Position numbers and translations under genes: made by a program
From: the human T2T-CHM13v2.0 reference genome, Homo sapiens
Assembly: GCF_009914755.1 (NCBI RefSeq)
Contig: NC_060938.1
Reading direction: 5' to 3' (one strand)
Length of the DNA stretch: 64,000 nt
Part shown: in pieces, positions 52,913 through 64,000 of the stretch
Layout: each line of letters begins with the position of its first letter
Position numbering within the stretch: the first letter of the stretch is position 1
The notes under the pieces: generated by a model
Databases searched by the model: none
What the model saw: only the letters and a program-made list of their open reading frames with translations
Told to the model about the DNA's origin: nothing

Positions 52913-53038
52913 GGTGAGTCCTCTGTGTTCAGTCCTGATCACCAAATGAAAACACCTGAAAATCCCAGGGCTGGGGCTCCTCTTCCAGTGCTGCAGGGTC
53001 AGGGCTGGGCTGGTTTTCATAAGCCGAGGGAGGGCTCT

Positions 53039-53046
53039 ATTTGCAT
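53039..53046 (-). promoter_or_regulatory. Octamer of the IGHV3-71 promoter
   Basis: Exact ATGCAAAT on the minus strand. Confidence 0.88.
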
Positions 53047-53794
53047 GTCTCCTACTACATGCCAAGCTCTGGGATGGGACGCCTGAGGAGAGAGTGGGGC
53101 TCAGAGCATGTGAGAGTGTCCTGGGGGAGATTTGTGATATTGATAGCATTTGGAAATTGTGGTTTCTTATTGAAAGTTTGTTCTGTGATAAAATATTAAA
53201 CCTATAAAACTTATAATGTTGTAATATCTATTTAAAACTGTTGTATTGAGGTGCAATCAATGTACATAAACTGTGTATATTTAAAGTTAGCACCAATCAC
53301 CTTTTATTTTTACATATGCAGAGGAAACATGGTATATAGTATCAATGTCATTTCCATGTTACAGATGAAAAATTACCAGCAGAAGCACAGATGGGTTGTA
53401 CAATGTACCCAGGGCTCACATTCGGTCAGAGTGAGCTTGGTTATCTGGGCCTGTGCTTCTCACCACTGGACCTGACTTCTCCCTGAACCAAGCCCAGCAC
53501 ACAGGGGTTGCAGCTAGTGAGGTTTGCAGAACCTTTTCTCTGTAACGAGAACATGGTGTGATGTGTATGCTCTGTTGTGATTACCTAACAATTGTAAAGA
53601 AAAGCATGTTTCCTACAGTGTTATTTTCTTGGGTGTCATGCATTTTCTCATGTTAGCATCTATCTTTCCATCAATCTTTATTGAACAAATTATCTATCCA
53701 CTTATTTGCAATACTCTTATTGAGGCATGATTGCTGTATAACAAATACTGCTTAATTAAAGTGTGCATTTTAATAAGCACTGAAGCCAAGTATT

Positions 53795-53940
53795 GTCTTA
53801 CATACCAGTAGTCCCAGCTACGTATGGCAGAGGGAGGAAGATTGGTGGAGACGCAGGGTCTGAGGCTGCAGAGAGCTATGATCTCACCACTGAGCTCCAG
53901 CCTGGATGACAAAGCAAGACCATGTCTCCAAAGGAAAAAA
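53795..53940 (+). mobile_element. Old Alu monomer fragment (FLAM/AluJ arm)
   Basis: tagtcccagctac...gaggctgcagagagctatgatctcaccactgagctccagcctgg. Confidence 0.75.
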
Positions 53941-54879
53941 TGCAGTTTCACATGTGCTTACCTGTGCATCCAAAATAACAATCAAGATAACAATGAATTA
54001 CACTTCAAGGTTTCCCTAGTTTCCTCTAATTCCTGCCTCCCAGTCATTTTCCGCTCACTACACTGAGTCAGTCTCTCATGTTTGCTACTTCAGGTCTATT
54101 TTTCAAAATTTGGTTAAAGTGAAACCTTACAGTTTCCATTTCATTTGTGTGGCTTCTTGCTCAGCACAATTACTTGTGAGTCAGTAGTTTGGTTGTGTAT
54201 AAAGAATATGTTCCTTGTAATGAGGAACAGAATTCCAGTTAATGAGTGTGCCCGTACTATTTATAAAGCTCCTTAATATTTTTGTTATTTCCAGTTTCTG
54301 AGTGTTACAAATAAAGCTCCAACTCAGCATGGAGATGTAGGCATCTCAGAAAAAAATGTATTATTTTTACAACTAAACTTACTGAGCTGCAAATTAGCAT
54401 ATTTTCTTTAAAACATCAGATTATTGATGTTATAGGACAAACAAGGGACCTTACATCTTGTGAAAGTCAGTGACTTGCAGGAACAAACAGAAAGAGAATA
54501 TGACCTTATCTGGGGTAGAGCAAATGTCATATAAGCGAATGCAGGGTTAACTTAGACATACTCTTTAGACCGTTTAGAGTTGAGTATAATAAAGAAGTTA
54601 TTGTTTAAATTATCAGAGGACATACAACTGAGGGAATCCTATTGCTATTGAAACCTTTTCTGCCAGGATTGAGGACACATCAGAAAAATCTCCAACCTCT
54701 TCCTCCCGAGATGGTTCTGTGTGGGGAAGTGGAACAGCAGCTGTGGCTGAAATGCATCCAGACCCAGCTCCCTCACCACCATTACATGACCAAAGAATTA
54801 ACAGGCAGGGGCAAAGCCACTAACAGCTCTGTGTTACAGGCACTGGAGGAACTCGTAGAAACTGGGAGAGAAGACAGAA

Positions 54880-55453
54880 ACGCTCTAAACGCCTCTAAAA
54901 TGGCCGCTTCGGGGGGCGGCTGTCCTTTACGGTCGCAGCGGGGGGATGAAATAAGCCCCAGTCTCCCGTAGCGCTCCCAGGCTTATTAGGACGAGGAAAT
55001 TCCCGCCTAATAAATTTTGGTCAGACCGGTTGTCTGCTCTCAAACCCTGTCTCCTGATAAGATGTTATCGATGACAATGCGTGCCTGAAACTTCATTAGC
55101 AATTTTAATCTCGCCCTGGTCCTGTGGTCCTGTGATCTCGCCCTGCCTCCATTGGCCTTGTGATATTCTATTACCTTGTGAAGCAGTGATCTCTGTGACC
55201 CACACCCTATTCGTACACTCCCTCCCCTTTTGAAAATCACTAATAAAAACCTGCTGGTTTTGCGGCTCAGGGGGCATCACAGAACCTGCCGAACTGTGAT
55301 GTCTCCCCCAGACACCCAGCTTTAAAATTTCTCTCTTTTGTACTTTGTCCCTTTATTTCTCAGACCGGCTGACACTTAAGGAAAATAGAAAAGAATCTAC
55401 GTGAAATATCGGGGGTGAATTTCTCCCAGTATCTGGCTGAATTTCCCCCGATA
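54880..55453 (+). mobile_element. MER11 (HML-8) LTR, 3' part
   Basis: cttattaggacgaggaaattcccgcctaataaattttggtcagaccgg...aataaaaac...gaatttcccccgata. Confidence 0.85.
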
Positions 55454-55469
55454 CCTCAGTATAACACAA

Positions 55470-55875
55470 ACACCTTCAAAGGGAAGCGATTCTCTACAGA
55501 ATGTAAATTTCTCTTGCAAAAAGATAACTGTGCAGGGTGATTTAAAAATATGTCAAAGACATATATTTTAGGGTAAAAGACTTTGATTCCTTCCAAGGCC
55601 TTTTCTCTGTCATGTGATGCTATTCTTGAGTCAGGTTAGAATTTGGTGTTTTACTGCTACACGGAATCTGTTTTCTGAGCCTTAAATCTGTTTTAAGGAA
55701 AATGCTGGTTACTTGTGCTTGAATTCCAAAGGGAGGAGGGTATAATGAGGGATTTCTGATCCTCCATTTCTGACACGGCCTAAACTAGGTTTTCTAGTGT
55801 CCATGGAACTCCTCGTTGAAGAGAAAAGTTCCCTTCAGTCAGTTGGGGTGCCTAGAATTCTACTTGCAGTTTCTA
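55470..55875 (-). mobile_element. MER4-group LTR fragment
   Basis: gtcatgtgatgctat...gaattccaaagggaggagggtataatgagg...cagtcagttgggg, similar to 11260-11540. Confidence 0.65.
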
Positions 55876-57339
55876 GGACATATATGAGACTTACCCTGCT
55901 CAGGGGTATCAGAAAATATTTACTGAGATAATCACATTGAAGTTGAGACTTGAAAGATGGTCCCAGATTCCTCCCTGCAAACCTTTTCTTCTGAAACTAG
56001 AAGAAAACTTGAGAAACAACTGTTAACATTTCTTCTATGTTCAAAATCGCCACCCATTAAGAAAATAATTAAACTTGCGAGACTTATCTTTAGAAACAAG
56101 TAGTCCAGTTGATTTCTAAAGTCCTTTACAAACCCACAGACTCTGATTAGTTTACAGATTATGCAGCACATCCCATCTAATGGGAATCTGCAATTAGCTG
56201 GATTCCCCTGCACCGTTTTTTTAAAAATGTTTAATTTATATAGATACATAACAGTTCAAAACCTTTAAGGGATACGCATGATATTTTGATAAAAGCATGT
56301 TATCTGCAATGATCAAATCCAGATACCTGGGATATCCCTCACCTCCATCACTGATTACTTCTTTGTGTTAAGAACATTCTAAATCTTATCTTCTAGCTAT
56401 TCTGAAATATACAATAAAGTACTAACTGTAGTTGTGTATGTGCCTCTTCAGCATCCCCTTCCCACCCACAAGGAGTGAATGTTCCTGTTTTTCAACTTCC
56501 TCATCACCATTTGGTACTGTCTAAAATGTGTATTTTACCCATTCTAACAGGATATAGTATTTTTTGAATATTAAACATACATATACCTAAAAATCATGCT
56601 GATCACTTTTTATATTTATTTTTAGATGAGGCTTCTTTCTATACAGGTCTTTGTCTATTTTAAAATTAGATCATGTGGTTTTGTCATTCAACTGTAAGGT
56701 AATTTTTATTATTCCTGATAAAAGTCCTTTTCCAAATATTTGATTTGTGAGGAAATTCTCCATATCTGTGGCTTATCTTTTCACGTTCATGTAAGGATTT
56801 ATTTTCAAAGGCCTTAAGCTTCCTAGATGAAGCCATGGCCAGAGGATTATGAAACAGGTTTCTCTCCACAACTTACAATGATATCACTAAAGGCCTCTTT
56901 ACAGCAGTTTCTTTCACCTGATACATAATTTCTCCCTATAAAAATCATGATATATACTAAAAGAAATATATCATAGTGTGACAAGACAAAACAAGCATTA
57001 AAATGAGATTCAGCCATGCCATTTAGTTTGGAATTACCAAACAAAGAATTTAAGACCACTGTGATTAATATGCTAAGGTCTGTAATGAATTAAGCAGACA
57101 GCATGCTGGAACAGCTGTGTCATGCAAGTAGAATGAAGCAAATTCCAAAAAAGGAAAAAAAAGTAGATATCAAGAATTTTGTAACAGAATTAAGTAATGC
57201 TTTCAATGGACTTATATGTAGATGGGGCATAGCTGCGGACAAAAATCTGAACTTAAAACTATCTCAATAGAAATTTCCCAAACTGAAAAGCAAAAACAAA
57301 AAATATATTGTTAGAACAGTAAACACACAAATACAAATA

Positions 57340-57488
57340 TACACACACACAGACACACACACACACATATATACACATATATACATATATACACATATAT
57401 ACATATATACACACATATATATACATATATATATACATATATACACACATATATACATATATATATACACACACACACACATATATAC
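57340..57488. repeat. (CA)/(TA) compound microsatellite
   Basis: Direct inspection. Confidence 0.95.
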
Positions 57489-57940
57489 AAAAGAAGAACA
57501 GCTTACCCAAGAATGGTGAGACAGTGACAGAGGTATAACATGCACATAATGGGAAATAGAAAAAAATAGAGAAAGGCTAAGAAGAAATATTTAAACAATG
57601 ATGACTGACAATATTTTAAATTAATGTCAGTCACCAAACTACAGACTCAGGAATGTGATCATTTCATCTGCAGGGATAGTTTGACACCCTCTCTTCCTGA
57701 CTTGATGCTTTTTATTTCTTTCTCTTGCCTGCATGCTCTGGCTGGGACTTCCATGACAATGATGAACAGGAGTGGTTAGAATGGGTGTCCTTTTCTTGTT
57801 CTAGTTTTCAGGGGAAAATGCTTCCAGGTTTTGCTCAGTCAGTATAATGTTGGCTGTGAGTTTGTCATAGATGGCCCTTATTATTTTGTGGTGTATTCCT
57901 TCATGCCTGGTTGATGGTTTTTAACATGAAAGAATCTTAA

Positions 57941-58287
<347 letters not shown>

Positions 58288-59957
58288 GGTTAACATGGTT
58301 TTTGTTTTTCGTTCTGTTTATGTGATGAATCACATTTCCTGATTTGCATATGTTGAACCAACCTTGCATCCCAGGAACAAAGTGTTGGTAGGTTAGGCTT
58401 TTTGATGTGCTGCTGTATTCAGTTTGTGAGTATTTCATTGAGCATTTTTGCATCAGGTATATTGGTCTAAAGTCATGTTTTTTTATTAAGTCTCTGCCAG
58501 GTTTTGTTATCAGAATAATGCTGGCTTCATGGAATAATTTAGGGAGGAGACCTTTATCCTCATTTTTGGGAAATAGTTACACTAGGATTGGTAGCAACAC
58601 TTCTTTATACATCTGAAAAAATTCGGCTGTGAATCTTTCTGGTCCCTGGCTTTTTCGTGTTGCTACCACCTATCCATGTTGATTTCTGACCCCTGCCTGA
58701 GCCAGTAATAATCACACTGAATTCAGACAAAGCTGAATCCAATCCAGTGGTTACTGTAGTTCTTAACAGCTTTACTGGCACACCTAACTTCAGTGAACAT
58801 TTCTTCACCCAAAACAGTTTCACTCTCAATTTTATTTAAAGATTTCCTTTGGATTTTTTTTCATGGCTTTCAGTGATGCAACTTATTTAAATCAATGTTG
58901 GCTTCTCTACATGCGTAATTATCATTCCAACTATTGTTGAATGGGCCAGCAACCCTCTACCCCTGCTTCTTCCCTCTGCATATCTGACTATCTGCAAGAT
59001 CTCCCTAGGCCTCACGTCTCTATTGCAAAGGGAAGCTTTGAGAAATGTTAGATTTACTCAGTGCTACAAATACAAAAAGCTAATGGGAGCTCCTCTGACC
59101 ATTGAGTGCTAGGCCTGTAATGTATCCCAGACCCTCCGTTATCTCCAGGTCTATCCCAGAGCCTCCATTTATGTTACTTCCAGTGAATTTTGTGTTTTCT
59201 AATATAATTTTAATAGACAAATAATGATTGTAAATATTCATGAGGTACATAGCGATGTTGTGAAACAGTGTGTAGGGGACAGATAAGGATAATTAATATA
59301 TCCGTCATCTGAAACATTTTCTTTTTGTTGGGAACACTCAATATCCTTCTTCTAACTGTTTGAAACTACATATAATTGTTAAATACATTTATCCCACAGT
59401 GGTAAAGAACATTATAATCTATTCCTCCCACCTAACTCTAATGTATTCCTTCACAAATCTCTGCCTATCTCTTCCCCTGCACTTCCCAGACTCTAGTATC
59501 CTCTGTTCTACTATTTATTTCTATGAGACAAATTTTCTTTTTCCTTCCACGTATGAGTGAGAAAACAAGGTGTATTACTTGAAGTTCCTGGTTTATTTCA
59601 TTTCACATAATGTCCTCCAGTTCCGTCTTCATTGCCAAAAACAACAGGATTTCCTTTCCTGTGGATGATGAGCATCTCATCATGTATATGCACCACATAA
59701 TCTTTAACCATTCATCTGCTCTCTGACACCTGGTTTGATTTCATATCTTGGCCATTGTGAAAGGTCCTGCCATATACACTGGGAGTAAGAAATCTCTGAT
59801 ATAATTATTTTCATGCGTTTGGATACATTTGCAGTAGTGGAATTGCTGGGTCGTTTGGTAGTTGTATTTGTAGTTTTTTGAGGTACCTCCACGCTGCTCT
59901 CCATAGTGACTGACTGTACTAGTTTACCTTCTCCCCAACCTTACCAGCATTTGTTAG

Positions 59958-60600
<643 letters not shown>

Positions 60601-61036
60601 TGAGATGAAGTGATACCTTCTACCATTGTGTAGGCTGTTTGTTCACCATGTTGATTATTTCTTTTTCTCTGCAGAAGATCTTTAGTTCAATTAAGTCCTC
60701 TTCATCTATTTTTGTTTTCGTTGCATTTGCTTTTGAAGTCTTAGTCATATTTTATCTGCCTAGGCCAATGTCCCGAGAATTCTCCCTACATTTTCTTCAA
60801 GTATTTTTATAGTTTCAGTTTATACATTTAATTATTGAATCCATATTCAGTTACTTTTTGTCTGTGGTGAGATAGAAGCCTGGTTTTATTCTTCTATGAG
60901 TGGCCATCCAATTTTCCCAGCACGACTTACTGAATAGAGGACTATTTCTCCAGTGTATATTTTTGTCAGTTTTGTCAAAGAATAGTTGGTTGTAGATATT
61001 TGGCTTTCTTTCTGGGCTCTCTATTCTGTTACATTA

Positions 61037-61321
61037 ATTTTTTTTTTGAGATGGAGTTTTGCTCTTGTCACCCAGGCTGGAGTGCAATGGCAAGATCTCA
61101 GCTCACTGAAACCTCCACCTCCCGGGTTTAAGTGATTCTCCTGCCTCAGCTTCCGATGTAGCTGAGATTACAGGTATGGGCCACTAGGCCTGGCTAGTTT
61201 TTCATATTTTTACTAGAGACAGGGGTTCACCATGTTGGTCAGGCTGGTCTTGAGCTCCTGACCTCAGGTGATCCACCAGCTTCTGCCACCTAAAGTGCTG
61301 GGATTACAGGCACACCTGGTC
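61037..61321 (-). mobile_element. Alu (AluS-like)
   Basis: Reverse Alu body. Confidence 0.92.
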
Positions 61322-61576
61322 TAATATTTTTTGTTTTGTTTTGGTACCAGTACCGTGCTGTCTTTCTTCCTATAACTGTGTAGTATAATTTGAAGTCAGG
61401 GAATGTGGGGCTTTCAGCTTTGTTTCCTTGTCTTAGGACGGCTTTTGCTATTATATGGAATCAAAAGGCTCTTTTTTGCTTCCATATAAATTTTAGGACA
61501 TTTAAAAAAAATGTACTTAATTATATTGGTTATTTGATGGAAACTGCATTGACTCTGTATATTGCTTTGGGCAGTG

Positions 61577-62720
61577 TGTTTTAGTCTATTTTGCATTGCT
61601 CTAAATTAATGCCTGAGGCCAAGTAATTTACAAATAAAAGAGGCTCATTTGGCTTAGAGTTCGGCAGGCTGTGTGAGGAGCATGGCACCAGCATCTGCTT
61701 CTTGTGAGGGCCTCAGGAAGCTTACAGTTATGGTGGAAGGCAAAGGGGAAGCAGGCGGTGTCATATGGTGAGGGGTGGACGTGAGAGGGGAGGAGGGTCA
61801 TCAGACTCCTTTTAATAATCAGATCTCCCAGTAGTTAATACAGGAATAATTCACCTACTGCCATAGGGTGGTTATTGAGCCATTCCTGAAGGATTTTTCC
61901 CCATGTCCCAAAATCTCCCAGTCGGCCCCACCTCAAATATTGTGGAGCACATTTCGCCATGAGATTTGGAGGGGACCATCATCTAAACTATATCATTTCA
62001 CTCTTGTGCCCCCTGATCTTACGTCCTTCAGAGGTTGCAAAATGATCTTTTTTTTTTAATAGTTTCCAAAAGTCTTAACTTGGTCAACCTCCAACTGAAA
62101 ATTCCAAAGTCTTATCCGAGTCTTAAGGCAATTTCCCTCCAGCTATGAGCTGGCAAAATGTTTTAAAGAGTTATTTACTTCCAACATGCAAGACTGCCAC
62201 AGATATTGGTTAAATATTGTTAATACAAAAGGAAAAAAATGTCCAAAGGAATGGCCAATAGGCCCCCCACACACCTAAAGCCTGTCTGGGCAGATATTAA
62301 ATCTTAAAGCTACAAAATAATCTCGCTTCACTTGATGTACTTCAACCAGGGCACCCTGGGTTGAAGGAGTCCCAGAAACCTCAGGCTTTTCATCCTTATA
62401 GCTGAGCACAGCTTATTGGCCTGCATTCATAGGTTAGAGTCGAGTACCAGAAGTTTTTCCAGGCTGAGAGTGCAAGCTGCCTTTGGTTCTACCATTCAGG
62501 GACCTTGAGGGTCGTGGCCACATTCCCACAGCTTTAGTGTAAAATGCCCTAGTGGGGATTGTGAATTGGGGCTCCAACCCTCTCTTTCCCCATCTTTGGC
62601 ACTGTCCTAGTAGAGGCTGTCTGTGGTGGCTGCACTGCTGCAGCCGGCCTCCTGCTGGGCCTGCAGGGCCCTCTACATATCCTCTGAAATCTAAGTCGAA
62701 GCTGCCCAGCCTCCTTCACT
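61577..62720 (-). mobile_element. MaLR MST LTR (to ~61995) plus MST-int fragment
   Basis: gcatggcaccagcatctgct...gggcctcaggaagcttac..atggtggaaggcaaaggggaagcagg, followed by internal motifs. Confidence 0.8.
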
Positions 62721-62739
62721 TTTGCATTCTGTATATCTG

Positions 62740-64000
62740 ACAGAATCCAGTTATCCCAGCACCGTTTAGTGAATACAGAGTTTTATCCCCATTGCTTGTT
62801 TTCGTCAGCCTTATCAAATATCAGATGGTTTATGTGTGCAGGTTTATTTCTGTTTTCTCTCTTGTTCCATTTTTCTGCATGTCTGCTCATGTACCACTTC
62901 CAAGCTGTTTTGGTTACTGTGACTTTATGGTGTAGTTTAAAGTCAGGTATCATGTTGCCTCTGTCATGGTTCTTTCTGCTTAGAATTGCTTTGGCTACTC
63001 AGGGGCTTTTTGGTTCCATATAACTTTTAGAATATATATACTTTTTTTTCTAATTCTGTGAAGAATGATGGTGATAGTTTTATGTGAATAGTATTGAATC
63101 TGTAAATTTCTATTGGCAGTATGACAATTTTTACAATATTGATTATTCCAATCATGAGCATGAAATGTTTTCCCATTTTTTGTGTCATTTATGACTTATT
63201 TCTGCTGTGTTTTGTCATTCATCTTGCAGGGATCTTCCATCTTATTTGTTATCTGTGTTCCCAGGCATTTCCTTTTCTTTGTGGATATTGTAAGTGGGAT
63301 AGAATTGTGTTCTTGATTTCACTCTCAGCTTGGATGTAGTTGGGGTACAGAAATGCTAGTGATTTTTGTACATTGATTTTGTATCCCGACACTTTACCAA
63401 AGTTGTTTATCTATTCTAGAATTATTTTGGCAGAGTCTTTAGAATTTTCTAGGTATAGAATTATATCATCAATTTGGACAGATACATTGACTTCTTTTCC
63501 TATTTTGATTCTGTATTAGTCCATTCGCACACTCTAAAGAAACACCTGAGACTGTGTAATGTATAAAGGTTTTTAATTGTCTTATGGTTCTGCAGGCTGT
63601 ACAGGAATTATGGCTCTTGGGGGGGCCTCAGGAACATGACAATCATGACAGAAAGGGAAGCATCATGTCTTACAGGGCAGGAGCAGGAGGAAGAGAGAGG
63701 AGGGAGATGACACATACTTTGAAACCAGATCTCCTGAGGACCATCACGAGAGCAGCACAAGAGACGGAGACCCATCCTCATGATAGAATCACCCTTCACC
63801 AGACCCCAGCCCCAACCCTGGGAATTACAATTTGACATGAAATTTGAATGGGGCACTAGTACAAACCATATCGGCTGCGTTTTATTTTCGCTATTGCCTG
63901 GTTGCCCTGACTAGGATTTTCAGTGCTATGTTCAATAGGAGTGGTGAGAGGGCATCCTTGTCTTGTTCCAATTCTCATGGGGTTTGAGCTTTTGCTCACT
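62740..64000 (-). mobile_element. L1 ORF2 fragment interrupted by an MSTA/THE1-type solo LTR (63512-63872)
   Basis: L1 motifs gatttttgtacattgattttgtatcc and gagtggtgagagggcatccttgtcttgttcc; LTR tgtattagtccatt...aaaccatatc. Confidence 0.8.

Overview
Human immunoglobulin heavy-chain variable (IGHV) locus, distal part, with all recognisable V segments on the minus strand. In coordinate order: IGHV1-67 (pseudogene), a 5'-truncated SLC20A1 processed pseudogene, four clan II/III fragments (probably IGHV(II)-67-1 and IGHV(III)-67-2/-3/-4), an internally deleted HERV-K(HML-5)/LTR22-type provirus with a 6-bp TSD, IGHV1-68 (pseudogene), a ~53 x 59-bp VNTR, functional IGHV1-69 (*01-like, Phe54), functional IGHV2-70 (*01-like) and IGHV3-71 (one stop codon). 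IGHV1-69, 2-70 and 3-71 are directly adjacent, so this is the single-copy haplotype without the 1-69D/2-70D duplication. The rest is Alu, L1, LTR and MaLR debris. The most notable unexplained structures are: (i) two minisatellites made of tandem, co-oriented CTCF motifs, amplified from the RSS-adjacent CTCF element of dead V genes; (ii) several highly decayed V-gene relics and an orphan RSS/CTCF module that I do not recall being named; (iii) independent tandem expansion of the same paralogous site about 1 kb upstream of IGHV1-68 and IGHV1-69; (iv) a GC-rich segment that does not look retroviral inside the provirus. Gene, allele and repeat names come from sequence recognition and gene order, not database searches. 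No new protein-coding system is supported.
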